41,918 nucleotides of DNA from Gammaproteobacteria bacterium (GTDB lineage: Bacteria > Pseudomonadota > Gammaproteobacteria > Enterobacterales > Alteromonadaceae). Below, in pieces: positions 18,566-27,783 of this stretch (position 1 is the stretch's first letter; each line of letters begins with the position of its first letter). The stretch spans positions 1-41,918 of the forward strand of contig JAHJNE010000110.1 of NCBI GenBank assembly GCA_018820995.1, given 5' to 3'. The notes beneath the pieces are model-generated. The model had not been told where the DNA came from, did no database searches, and saw nothing but the letters and a program-made list of their open reading frames with translations. The position numbers and the translations under genes were made by a program.

Positions 18566-18599
18566 ATGAAATAGACTACTTATTAGTAAAATTCACTAA
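18566..18599. promoter_or_regulatory. PspF upstream activator sequences (two sites)
   Basis: ATGAAATAGACTACT and TTAGTAAAATTCACTAA resemble the two enterobacterial pspA UAS elements, about 80-110 bp upstream of the sigma54 site. Confidence 0.75.
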
Positions 18600-18613
18600 T
18601 TTGTAGCAGCGTC

Positions 18614-19726
18614 ATGGCAAGAGCATTCCAGCAAGATAATTTGATTGGCCAGTCCAACAGCTTTTTAAACGTGCTTGATCAAGTTTCACAGATAGCACCT
18701 TTAAATAAACCAGTATTGATTATCGGCGAGCGTGGTACCGGTAAAGAATTGATTGCAGCACGTTTGCACTATCTTTCTCAGCGTTGGGATCAGTCCTATT
18801 TGACACTGAATTGTGCATCATTGAACGAAAACTTACTCGAAAGTGAATTATTTGGTCATGAAGCAGGCGCATTTACCGGAGCGAGCAAACGCCATGAAGG
18901 CCGTTTTGAACGGGCCAATTTTGGTACTTTGTTTTTGGACGAACTTGCCAACACCCCAGGATTAGTCCAGGAAAAACTGCTTCGAGTCATTGAATACGGA
19001 GAGTTTGAACGCGTCGGTGGCAGCAGAGCGATTAAGGTTGATGTACGACTGATTTGTGCGACTAATGAAGATTTACCTGGGATGGCGGATCGAGGTGAAT
19101 TCAGAGCAGACTTGCTAGACCGGCTTGCTTTTGACGTGATCACGTTACCGCCAATGCGCGAGCGACGCGAAGATATTTTAGTGCTGGCCGAGCACTTCGC
19201 AATCAGCATGGCCCGCGAACTCAATTTTGAGTTGTTCAGCGGGTTTTCTGAAAAAGCAAAGCGGATGCTGCTCGATTATGAATGGCCAGGAAATGTGCGG
19301 GAATTGAAAAACGTAGTAGAACGCAGTGTCTATCGTACAAACAATCCATATGTGCCCGTGCATGATATTTTATTGGACCCATTTGCTTCCCCTTTTCGCC
19401 CGCAAACTCGCGTTAGAACACAAGATAGAATCACCACTGTAACCAATGCACAACCGGCGATAGCTAATGTGCCAACTTCGGGTGATAATACGTCGACACC
19501 TGCCGCAAAGCTGCACGTGCAATCAGAAACTTCTGCACCTCAACCAGACTTTAATCAACAGCAGGATTTTAAAGTATTGTCTGAACATTACGAAGTCACG
19601 TTAATTAAACAAGCATTGTCTGCCTGCCAATACAATCAGAAAAAAACGGCGGAAGCATTAAATCTGACCTATCATCAGCTTCGTGGTTATATGAAAAAAT
19701 ACAAACTGTTAGACAGCCAACAATGA
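18614..19726 (+). CDS. pspF: Sigma54-dependent activator PspF
   Basis: GERGTGKE, ESELFGHEAGAFTGA and C-terminal HTH NQKKTAEALNLTYHQLRG. No N-terminal regulatory domain; divergent from pspA. Confidence 0.96.
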   Translation: MARAFQQDNLIGQSNSFLNVLDQVSQIAPLNKPVLIIGERGTGKELIAARLHYLSQRWDQSYLTLNCASLNENLLESELFGHEAGAFTGASKRHEGRFERANFGTLFLDELANTPGLVQEKLLRVIEYGEFERVGGSRAIKVDVRLICATNEDLPGMADRGEFRADLLDRLAFDVITLPPMRERREDILVLAEHFAISMARELNFELFSGFSEKAKRMLLDYEWPGNVRELKNVVERSVYRTNNPYVPVHDILLDPFASPFRPQTRVRTQDRITTVTNAQPAIANVPTSGDNTSTPAAKLHVQSETSAPQPDFNQQQDFKVLSEHYEVTLIKQALSACQYNQKKTAEALNLTYHQLRGYMKKYKLLDSQQ

Positions 19727-21333
19727 AATCAATCGGCTCTTTTGCTACCATTATTTTGCTAACTATTTTTAGCAGTGCCTGCCAGCCAATATTGCCAACG
19801 ACCCGCGTCAACGGGTTGGTCTATTGCGCTGAAGGCTCGCCGGAAAGCTTCAACCCGCAATTAGTGACTTCAGGCACCACCATTGATGCCATTAGCCAAC
19901 ATCTTTATGACCGCTTGCTAGATATCGACCCAGACAATGGGGAGTTAATTCCCGGTTTAGCAGAAAGCTGGCAAATTAGCGACGATGGATTAACATACCG
20001 TTTTCAGATTCGCCAAGGCGTCGAGTTTCATCATACCCGCTATTTCAGTCCTACCCGGCAACTGACCGCTGAGGATGTCCTTTTCACATTTGGCCGTTTA
20101 TTGTTTGTACAACATCCATTTCATCAGACTGCCACCGAGTATCCTTACTTTGACAGCGTTGAATGGCAGCAGTTGGTCGAGAAGTTAACCGTTATAAGCC
20201 CGATGGAAATTGAATTTACCCTCACCAAACCTGACAGCTCGTTTTTATCAACGCTAGCCACCGATTTTGCGGCGATTTTGTCTGCTGAATATGGCACCCA
20301 GTTAGTCAAAAATAAGACGCTGGCAGATTTAGACCAACTTCCAGTTGGCACGGGGCCGTTTTTATATCGCAATTATCAAAAAGATATCCTCATTCGCTAT
20401 TACCGCCATCCTAAATACTGGCGTCAGCTGCCTCAAATGGAGCAACTGGTCATCGATATTGTTCCTGACAACACCAAGCGCATAGCAAAATTATTGACCC
20501 ACGAATGCGATGTGGCGCCAATTCCACGTCTGGCAGAATTAACTTTGTTGTCAAAACGGGAAGATTTTGTAATAGACGCTCAAACCAGCATGAATGTGGG
20601 CTATTGGGCTTTTAATACACGCGTTGCCCCCTTTGACCAGGTTAAAGTTCGTCAAGCGTTGTCCTATGCGATTAATAAATCAAATATTATGCAGGCCGTG
20701 TATTTTGGTCAGGCAGAACCTGCTAATTCGCTGTTGCCGCCAACGTCTTGGGCTTACGATAAAAACCTGAATATTCAACGATATGATCCGCAACTGGCGA
20801 AAAAATTGCTTTCTGAAGCAGGTTATCCTCAGGGTTTTCAAATGGATATTTGGGCAATGCCTGTTCAACGACTATACAATCCAAATGCATTAAAGATGGC
20901 AGAGCTGATTCAGGCAGATTTAGCTCAAATTGGCGTACAGGCACATATTGTTTCTTATGAATGGAATACGTTTCGTCGTAAACTACGGCAAGGTGAGCAT
21001 GATTCCGTATTGATTGGCTGGTCAGCAGACAACGCCGATCCAGATAACTTCCTACGCCCCTTATTAAGCTGCGCTGCGGCCATTTCTGGCAGCAATCGTT
21101 CAAACTGGTGTGATGAAAATTACGACGAGCTTATCGCGAAAGCTGTCCATACCCCAATCCTCGAAGAGCGTCGAGCATTCTACCAACAAGCGCAACAATA
21201 TCAGGCCGAGCAAATGCCGTTGGTCCCAATTGCTCACTCGAAACGCTTCCAGGTCCGCAGCCGGAATATTTCAGGCGTTAGGATCAACCCGTACGGTGGC
21301 ATTAATTTTACGGCCGCAGGTAAATCGCTATGA
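19723..21333 (+). CDS. sapA: Peptide ABC transporter substrate-binding protein SapA (probable lipoprotein)
   Basis: Lipobox-like SSAC, VYCAEGSPESFNPQ and PVGTGPF (family 5 SBP); ATGA overlap with pspF. Confidence 0.9.
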   Translation: MKSIGSFATIILLTIFSSACQPILPTTRVNGLVYCAEGSPESFNPQLVTSGTTIDAISQHLYDRLLDIDPDNGELIPGLAESWQISDDGLTYRFQIRQGVEFHHTRYFSPTRQLTAEDVLFTFGRLLFVQHPFHQTATEYPYFDSVEWQQLVEKLTVISPMEIEFTLTKPDSSFLSTLATDFAAILSAEYGTQLVKNKTLADLDQLPVGTGPFLYRNYQKDILIRYYRHPKYWRQLPQMEQLVIDIVPDNTKRIAKLLTHECDVAPIPRLAELTLLSKREDFVIDAQTSMNVGYWAFNTRVAPFDQVKVRQALSYAINKSNIMQAVYFGQAEPANSLLPPTSWAYDKNLNIQRYDPQLAKKLLSEAGYPQGFQMDIWAMPVQRLYNPNALKMAELIQADLAQIGVQAHIVSYEWNTFRRKLRQGEHDSVLIGWSADNADPDNFLRPLLSCAAAISGSNRSNWCDENYDELIAKAVHTPILEERRAFYQQAQQYQAEQMPLVPIAHSKRFQVRSRNISGVRINPYGGINFTAAGKSL

Positions 21334-22346
21334 TATTTCATTATTTAATGCGCCGAATGTTTCTACTGAGCTTCGTCTTTGTAGCATTAACTATTTTTGC
21401 CTTTAGCCTCGGTTATTTATTTCCCGGTGATGTGCTGAGTAATTTTACCGGACTTAGAAATATCAGCCCGGCTGACGAAATAGTGCTGCGACAACAACTC
21501 GGTCTCGACCAAGGATATTGGCAACAATACATCTACTTTAATCAACGTATTCTCGACGGTAACTGGGCGCTATCCTTTTCTAGTCAACAAAATGTACTGG
21601 ATGAAATCCTTAATGTGATGCCGGCGACGCTTGAACTTGCTTCCTATGCGTTATTGTTATCACTGCTGATTGGAGTTCCATTTGGCATTATTGCGGCGGT
21701 GCGCAAAGATAAATGGTTGGATAAACTGATTTCAGGCTTTGCTTTGGTTGGTTATTCAATCCCGACTTTCTGGTGGGCTCTGCTATTAATTATGGTGTTC
21801 TCTCTCACCTTGGGATGGTTGCCTACGTCTGGGCGCTTGAGTGTGTTGTATGAAATTCCAAGGTTGTCCGGTTTTATGCTGCCGGATATTCTAGGCTCCG
21901 ACGCCCCTTACCGCAATGAAGCATTATTCGATGCAATCAGGCATCTTCTGTTGCCATCATTAGTGCTTGCAACTTATCCGACAACTGTGATGATCCGGTT
22001 TACTCGTGAATCTATGCTTGATGTGCTGGAGCAAAACTACATTAAAACGGCCAGAGCGAAGGGTTTAACCAGGTTACAAGTCCTTTATAAACATGGGCTA
22101 CGTAACGCGCTATTACCCGTGACACGTCAAGTTGGTTTGCAATTTAGTACCCTGATCACCCTGGCGATGATTACCGAAGTGATTTTTTCTTGGCCAGGCA
22201 TCGGGCGCTGGCTGATAGACAGTATTTATCAGCGGAACTTCCCGGCAATTCAGGGTGGCGTGTTAGTGGTATCGTCGTTGGTGATTGCGGTGAATATGTT
22301 TACCGAAATTCTTCATACATTGTTAAATCCGTTGGCCAGGAAGTAA
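21330..22346 (+). CDS. sapB: Peptide ABC transporter permease SapB
   Basis: PATLELA, YIKTARAKGL and FSWPGIGRWL motifs. Confidence 0.9.
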   Translation: MIFHYLMRRMFLLSFVFVALTIFAFSLGYLFPGDVLSNFTGLRNISPADEIVLRQQLGLDQGYWQQYIYFNQRILDGNWALSFSSQQNVLDEILNVMPATLELASYALLLSLLIGVPFGIIAAVRKDKWLDKLISGFALVGYSIPTFWWALLLIMVFSLTLGWLPTSGRLSVLYEIPRLSGFMLPDILGSDAPYRNEALFDAIRHLLLPSLVLATYPTTVMIRFTRESMLDVLEQNYIKTARAKGLTRLQVLYKHGLRNALLPVTRQVGLQFSTLITLAMITEVIFSWPGIGRWLIDSIYQRNFPAIQGGVLVVSSLVIAVNMFTEILHTLLNPLARK

Positions 22347-22350
22347 TGAC

Positions 22351-23244
22351 ATGAAAAAGTTCCGGCTCTATTATGAAGAGTATAATAAAGGCCCGTTTCG
22401 GCTTTTGTGGAAGCACTTCACGCAACAACACTTTGCTTTTTTTGGTTTTATCGCCTTATTGTTGTTACTGCTGCTCGCAGTATTAACTCCATTTTTAACC
22501 CCACATGATCCTTACCTGCAAAACTCCCAATTGTTGTTAGTTCCCCCTTCCTGGCAGAATTCAGGATTAGTGTCCTACCCTCTCGGAACAGACGATTTAG
22601 GGCGTGATCTGATGTCGCGGCTAATGGCTGGGACCAGTTATACGTTCGGCTTGGCGATACTGGCGGTATTAGGTTCACTGATTGTTGGGGTCATACTTGG
22701 TGCACTATCAGGGATGAGCAAAGGCGTGAAATCTAGTGTTTTTAATCATTTACTGGATTTAGCTTTAACCATCCCTTCGTTATTGTTGGCGATTGTTATA
22801 GTTGCCGTATTAGGCCCGGGACTACTCAATACCATTTGGGCAATCATGCTGGCGTTGCTACCCCAGTTTGTGCATGGTGTGCGCAACGCTATTCAGCAAC
22901 AACTGAAACAAGACTACGTCACCGCTTATCGACTGGATGGTGCCAGCCAACGGCAATTGCTGTTATTTGTTATTTTTCCAAATCTCTGGGAACAGCTGGT
23001 GCTGATGTTTACCATGGCCTTGTCGACAGCAGTGCTCGATATTGCCGCACTTGGTTTTTTAAGTATCGGCGCCCAGTCACCTACGGCCGAATGGGGCAGC
23101 ATGATTTCTGACTCGCTGGACTCTATTTATCTGGCACCTTGGACCGTTGCCCTTCCGGGTTTAATGATTTTTATTACTGTGCTTGCGGTAAATCTGGTGG
23201 GTGATGGCATCCGGGTCGCGATCAAAAAACGGCGGGAAAATTAA
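22351..23244 (+). CDS. sapC: Peptide ABC transporter permease SapC
   Basis: LGTDDLGRDLMSRL, YVTAYRLDGAS and LDIAALGFL motifs. Confidence 0.9.
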   Translation: MKKFRLYYEEYNKGPFRLLWKHFTQQHFAFFGFIALLLLLLLAVLTPFLTPHDPYLQNSQLLLVPPSWQNSGLVSYPLGTDDLGRDLMSRLMAGTSYTFGLAILAVLGSLIVGVILGALSGMSKGVKSSVFNHLLDLALTIPSLLLAIVIVAVLGPGLLNTIWAIMLALLPQFVHGVRNAIQQQLKQDYVTAYRLDGASQRQLLLFVIFPNLWEQLVLMFTMALSTAVLDIAALGFLSIGAQSPTAEWGSMISDSLDSIYLAPWTVALPGLMIFITVLAVNLVGDGIRVAIKKRREN

Positions 23245-24239
23245 TGCAGCTTTTAGACATTAGAAATCTCACGCTGGAATTAAGCACGCCTGATGGGATG
23301 ATCCGCGCCGTCGACCGAGTAAACCTTACATTAAAAGAAGGCGAAGTTCGGGGTCTTGTTGGTGAATCGGGATCAGGTAAAAGTCTGATTGCCAAAGCGA
23401 TTATGGGTGTCTTACACGAACGTTGGAAAATATCAGCCGATAGATTTAATTGGCGTGGTCGTGATTTACTGCGACTCCCTTACCATGAACAACGCCGGAT
23501 CATCAGCCGCGATATCGCGATGATTTATCAGGAACCAAGCCGTAGCATGGACCCGACGTCACCTATTGGCGAGCAACTTGCAGAGTCAATCCCAGATGAT
23601 TTACTTGAAGGTGCCTGGTGGCAACGCGGCTCGCAGCGGAAAAAACGGGTCATTGCGCTCTTACATAAAGTCGGGATCCGCGATCATGCTACCGTACTCA
23701 GCAGTTATCCGTATCAGCTCTCTGAAGGCGTCTGTCAGAAAATTATGATCGCGATGGCAATTGCCAAGAACCCTAAATTGCTGATTGCGGATGAACCTAC
23801 CACAGCGATGGAAAGCACCACTCAGGCACAATTATTCAGATTGCTGGCTAGCTTTAATCAACTGAAAGGCACCTCGATATTATTGATTAGTCACGAGTTA
23901 GAGACTGTTGCCCGTAACACCGACACACTAAGCGTCCTTTACTGTGGTCAGTTGGTGGAAGCTGGCGATACTGCAACGTTACTAAAGCACCCCTTGCACC
24001 CCTACACCCACGCATTGATTAAAAGCGTGCCAGAATTTCAGCCAGAACTTGGGTTTAAACAACAACTTTATGCTTTGCATGGCAGCATTCCGACGTTACA
24101 ACATTTACCCATCGGCTGTCGGCTAGGACCTCGCTGTCCAAATGCTCGCAAAGAGTGTGTAAAAACCCCAATTTATGAGCGTCAGCAAAACCATTATTTT
24201 AGCTGCCATTTTCCATTGTCAGGAAAGACCAATGAGTAA
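23244..24239 (+). CDS. sapD: Peptide ABC transporter ATPase SapD
   Basis: MQLLDIRNL, GESGSGKS, LIADEPT and LPIGCRLGPRCP motifs. Confidence 0.92.
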   Translation: MQLLDIRNLTLELSTPDGMIRAVDRVNLTLKEGEVRGLVGESGSGKSLIAKAIMGVLHERWKISADRFNWRGRDLLRLPYHEQRRIISRDIAMIYQEPSRSMDPTSPIGEQLAESIPDDLLEGAWWQRGSQRKKRVIALLHKVGIRDHATVLSSYPYQLSEGVCQKIMIAMAIAKNPKLLIADEPTTAMESTTQAQLFRLLASFNQLKGTSILLISHELETVARNTDTLSVLYCGQLVEAGDTATLLKHPLHPYTHALIKSVPEFQPELGFKQQLYALHGSIPTLQHLPIGCRLGPRCPNARKECVKTPIYERQQNHYFSCHFPLSGKTNE

Positions 24240-24999
24240 TTTGATTGAAGTCAGAGGGCTCACTAAAAGTTATCAAAAAGCCCGTGGTATGTTTAGCCGC
24301 CAAACCATCATGGCTCTGTCAGAGGTTAGTTTTAGCCTGGAAGCCGGCCAAACACTGGCTATTGTTGGTGAAACAGGCTCTGGTAAAAGTACTCTGGCAA
24401 AATTACTAGTCGGGATAGAACAGCCCGATAAAGGTGACATTCTGATGGCGGGGCAACCGCTAAACTGCGCCGATTATCAAAAAACCAATCATTTAATCCG
24501 TTACATATTTCAAGATGCGGCCCGTTCATTGGACCCTAATCAGAAAATTTCTAATATCCTGCATGATGTGCTGCGTTACAGTACGGTGCTAAGCTTCGAA
24601 CAACGCGAGCATAAAATAGCCAACACGCTGAAGCTGTTAGGTTTATTAAACGAACACGGCAATTATTACCCGCACATGTTCTCTGGGGGTCAACTACAAA
24701 GGGTGGCACTCGCAAGAGCGTTAATTTTAGACCCGAAAATTCTGATCCTGGATGAAGCATTAACAGCACTTGATCCGTCTTTGCGGGCGCAAATCGTCAA
24801 TTTGTTGCTGGAGCTTCAACAAAAAACAGGTCTGGCCTATTTGCTGATCACCAATCAATTGCGACTAGTTCGGCACATAGCAGATCAAACCTTAGTGCTC
24901 CATAAAGGAGTCGCGCTTGATTACGGTGAAACCAGTAGTGTTTTTGAAAACCCACAGCACGAATACACCCGCAAACTGATTAAAAGTATCGAGTATTAA
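24232..24999 (+). CDS. sapF: Peptide ABC transporter ATPase SapF
   Basis: GETGSGKST, YYPHMFSGGQLQR and LILDEAL motifs; start overlaps the sapD stop. Confidence 0.9.
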   Translation: MSNLIEVRGLTKSYQKARGMFSRQTIMALSEVSFSLEAGQTLAIVGETGSGKSTLAKLLVGIEQPDKGDILMAGQPLNCADYQKTNHLIRYIFQDAARSLDPNQKISNILHDVLRYSTVLSFEQREHKIANTLKLLGLLNEHGNYYPHMFSGGQLQRVALARALILDPKILILDEALTALDPSLRAQIVNLLLELQQKTGLAYLLITNQLRLVRHIADQTLVLHKGVALDYGETSSVFENPQHEYTRKLIKSIEY

Positions 25000-25123
25000 A
25001 AGCTGCAGATACTTAGTACGATGCCTTATGTCACGTGGATAATCTTTTACCCATTCATTTTAGGTAGCTAGAACAACAACTAGCGAGCAACGTTTGGATT
25101 ATTCCTACCAAAATCCAAAAATG

Positions 25124-25149
25124 AAAAACCCGCTAAGTAGCGGGTTTTT
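25124..25149. terminator. Bidirectional intrinsic terminator between convergent sapF and ppiD
   Basis: AAAAACCCGCTA-AG-TAGCGGGTTTTT. Confidence 0.9.
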
Positions 25150-25180
25150 ATCAACAATAACAGGGCGCTAAATTGTTAGC

Positions 25181-27097
25181 TTACAAATCCTGGCTCGTCA
25201 TCGCAGGTAATTTCTTCACGATTTCAGCTTGTTGCTTGAGAGCATCTTGTACGGCAGCAAAATGTGACTGACCCATTTGTTGCGCAAACTGTTCAAGCTC
25301 ATTAGCGGCTGGTTCAGCAGTACTTGGGACATCTGTTACTTTAGTCACAAGCACCAGTGAGACATCACCAGAGGCCAATGCTGCGATACCTACCGAAATT
25401 GGTTTGGTTGGTACTGGTTTTGGCAATTCAAAAGCTTTGGTCCTGATTTGTGCTTCCAACGCACCACCAAAACGAGGCGTTGCAGGTGCTGTTTCTAACG
25501 ATAGTTTTTCGGTCGCGATTAACTCCCGGATATCTTTACCTTCAGCAAACTGCGCCATAATCGCTTCAGCTTTAGCCGTTGCCAGTTCATTACTTTCTTT
25601 AGCAATGACTGCTGTTTGAACCATAGGTTTCACTTCTTCCAGGCTTTTCACTTTTGCTGGCAAATGTTCTACCAGACGGGCAACGACAACATGTTGCGGG
25701 GCCAATTCAATCACTTCACTGTTGACACCTGCGCTGATAAATTCAGGGCCGAAAACGGTATTAAGGAACTTAGGTGCAATGAATGGTGCTGTGGCAGTTT
25801 CACGTGAAAATAATGGCATTTCCTTCACTGTGCTATGAATGGCAGTGGCAGCTTCTTCCAGATTATCTGCAATCTCAAAACTCACTTCAGCTAACTTCTG
25901 TTGCAGCTCAGCAAACTGCTCTGCTGCTTTCTCCTGTTGCACCGTCGCTGTAATAGATGCTTTAACTTCAGCTAAAGGTTTCACCGCGCCAGCTTCAATT
26001 TCAGTCAACTTAATCAGATGATAACCAAAAGAGGTTTTAACAACGGGCGATAGGTCACCTTTTTGAGCCAATGCATAGACTGCATTTTCAAACTCTGGCT
26101 CCATCACACCTTTGGTAATAAAATCTAAATCACCACCGTTTTCTGCAGAAACGGTGTCAGATGAATTTTCCTTCGCGAGTTTTGCAAAATCAGCGCCCTG
26201 TTGTAACTGCTTTAACAACTCTTCTGCTTTAGCTTCTATGGCACTGTCTTCGTCAGCTGATTCCAACAAAATATGCGAAACACGACGACGTTCTTCCGTT
26301 GAATACCTGGCAGATTGTGCCTGATAGAACTGCTCAACTTCAGCGTCCGTGACATGGATGTCTTTTGCCAAATCACTACCATTCAGCTCGACATATTGCA
26401 GGGATACTTGTTCAGGCGTCGCGTAGTTATTTTGATTTAACTGGTAGTATTCCGCCAGCTTCTCATCAGTCACTTCAACTGCAGCTGCGAAATCTGCAGC
26501 TTTTAGCACTGAGTATTCGATATCGCGATTTTGCTGCTGTAACGACATCAAGCTACGCATTTCACCCGGCAAAGCGAATTCAGAACCAGCAACGCCAACC
26601 ATAAATTGATTACGCACAAACTGCTCACGAAGAATGTCGCGGAATTTGTTTGCTGTCAGATTGTTTTGACGTAACAAAGCCAGGTAACGGTCATTATTAA
26701 AGACACCGTCCAATTGAAATTCGGGCATTTGCATAATGGTTTTTTTCAGCAGTTCATCGCTGATTTGCAAACCCAGTGTATTGCCTTGTTGTTTAATCAA
26801 GGTCTCACCGATCAAACGGTCCAACACTGAGTTACGGAAATTATTCATATATTGCGGATCAGCGGCCAGAGTGGCGAACATATCGCCGAACTGTTGCTCC
26901 ATCCGGGCACGTTCAGTCTGGTAGCTTTCTTCAAACTTCGTCCGGGTGATTTCTTCACCGTTGACCACGGCTACCGACTGGTCACTATTGTTGCCAAAGT
27001 AGCTACTTACGCCCGACACGGCAAATGTCAGGATAACCAACCCCAGAACGACCTGAGCAACTATCCCTTTTGAACCTTCTCTGATCTTTTCTAACAT
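25181..27097 (-). CDS. ppiD: Periplasmic folding chaperone/PPIase PpiD
   Basis: MLEKIREG, TM anchor, SurA-N domain and parvulin motifs RRVSHIL, NGGDLDF and FGYHLIK; downstream of hupB. Confidence 0.95.
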   Translation of the reverse strand: MLEKIREGSKGIVAQVVLGLVILTFAVSGVSSYFGNNSDQSVAVVNGEEITRTKFEESYQTERARMEQQFGDMFATLAADPQYMNNFRNSVLDRLIGETLIKQQGNTLGLQISDELLKKTIMQMPEFQLDGVFNNDRYLALLRQNNLTANKFRDILREQFVRNQFMVGVAGSEFALPGEMRSLMSLQQQNRDIEYSVLKAADFAAAVEVTDEKLAEYYQLNQNNYATPEQVSLQYVELNGSDLAKDIHVTDAEVEQFYQAQSARYSTEERRRVSHILLESADEDSAIEAKAEELLKQLQQGADFAKLAKENSSDTVSAENGGDLDFITKGVMEPEFENAVYALAQKGDLSPVVKTSFGYHLIKLTEIEAGAVKPLAEVKASITATVQQEKAAEQFAELQQKLAEVSFEIADNLEEAATAIHSTVKEMPLFSRETATAPFIAPKFLNTVFGPEFISAGVNSEVIELAPQHVVVARLVEHLPAKVKSLEEVKPMVQTAVIAKESNELATAKAEAIMAQFAEGKDIRELIATEKLSLETAPATPRFGGALEAQIRTKAFELPKPVPTKPISVGIAALASGDVSLVLVTKVTDVPSTAEPAANELEQFAQQMGQSHFAAVQDALKQQAEIVKKLPAMTSQDL

Positions 27098-27134
27098 GCT
27101 TGCTTCATCTCTTATAACGGCAAAATGCTGGCTT

Positions 27135-27167
27135 AAAAAAAAAGCGCATCTTAACAGATGCGCCTTT
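27135..27167 (-). terminator. Intrinsic terminator downstream of hupB
   Basis: AAAGGCGCATCT-GTTA-AGATGCGC followed by T9 on the minus strand. Confidence 0.9.
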
Positions 27168-27174
27168 CTTATAG

Positions 27175-27297
27175 AAGCTGTAACGAACTCTTGCTACCTG
27201 CTGCTCAGAAGAACTGTTTCAGCGGTGATGATTGACACAGGCCAACCAGAGTTCTTTTTAAGCTTTGAACTGCACCAGCGCGCCGGCACAGTTTCAA
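27175..27297 (-). ncRNA. Candidate structured RNA in the hupB 3' UTR (hairpin plus three-way junction)
   Basis: Hand-folded stems GAACTCT/AGAGTTC, GGTTGGC/GTCAATC, ACC-GCTG/CAGC-A-GGT and CAG/CTG. G-U pairs favour the minus strand. Confidence 0.45.
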
Positions 27298-27299
27298 GT

Positions 27300-27572
27300 T
27301 TAGTTTACGCTGTCTTTTAACGCTTTACCCGGCTTGAACGAAGGGATCTTCGCAGAAGCGATTTGGATAGTTTCACCAGTTTGTGGGTTACGGCCAGTAC
27401 GAGCTGCACGCTCACGCACTGCGAAAGTACCAAAACCAACTAATGCAACTGAGTCACCTTCTTTTAAAGCTTCAGTAACGGCTTCGATGAACGCGTCAAG
27501 AGAACGACCCGCTGCCGCTTTAGAAATGTCTGCACCAGCAGCAATTTTGTCGATAAGTTGAGACTTGTTCAC
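27300..27572 (-). CDS. hupB: DNA-binding protein HU-beta
   Basis: [21 protein letters not shown]...GFGTF...RTGRNPQTG; GTG start. Confidence 0.97.
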   Translation of the reverse strand: MNKSQLIDKIAAGADISKAAAGRSLDAFIEAVTEALKEGDSVALVGFGTFAVRERAARTGRNPQTGETIQIASAKIPSFKPGKALKDSVN

Positions 27573-27643
27573 AATATCATCCCCTTCAATTGTTATTATT
27601 TTCTACAACCAAATTGTAAGTACATTTTTGTAATGTCGGCATT

Positions 27644-27672
27644 GTTATATCAAGCATCCGAAATGCTTGCAA
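27644..27672 (-). promoter_or_regulatory. Sigma70 promoter of hupB
   Basis: TTGCAA-17 bp-TATAAC with extended -10 TG. Confidence 0.7.
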
Positions 27673-27783
27673 GCACAAATACAATGGACTTGAAAATTTC
27701 CTTGCGTCTCGCGAACCCTTGTCACACAAGGGCTGCAACGAAACTGCCCCTAAATTAGCACAGCCTACGTAATTGAAAAGCCC

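Noticed and set aside
23244-24999. Non-canonical ABC motifs in SapD (LSEGVCQ) and SapF (ITNQ switch region)
   Set aside because: Similar deviations are typical of Sap ATPases, so not evidence of pseudogenes or novelty.
27185-27254. tRNA or hammerhead ribozyme interpretation of the hupB 3' element
   Set aside because: No cloverleaf, T-arm or CCA end. The hammerhead core CUGANGA is not matched (CTGAGCA). It is also not a canonical glycine riboswitch because the pocket residues are missing.
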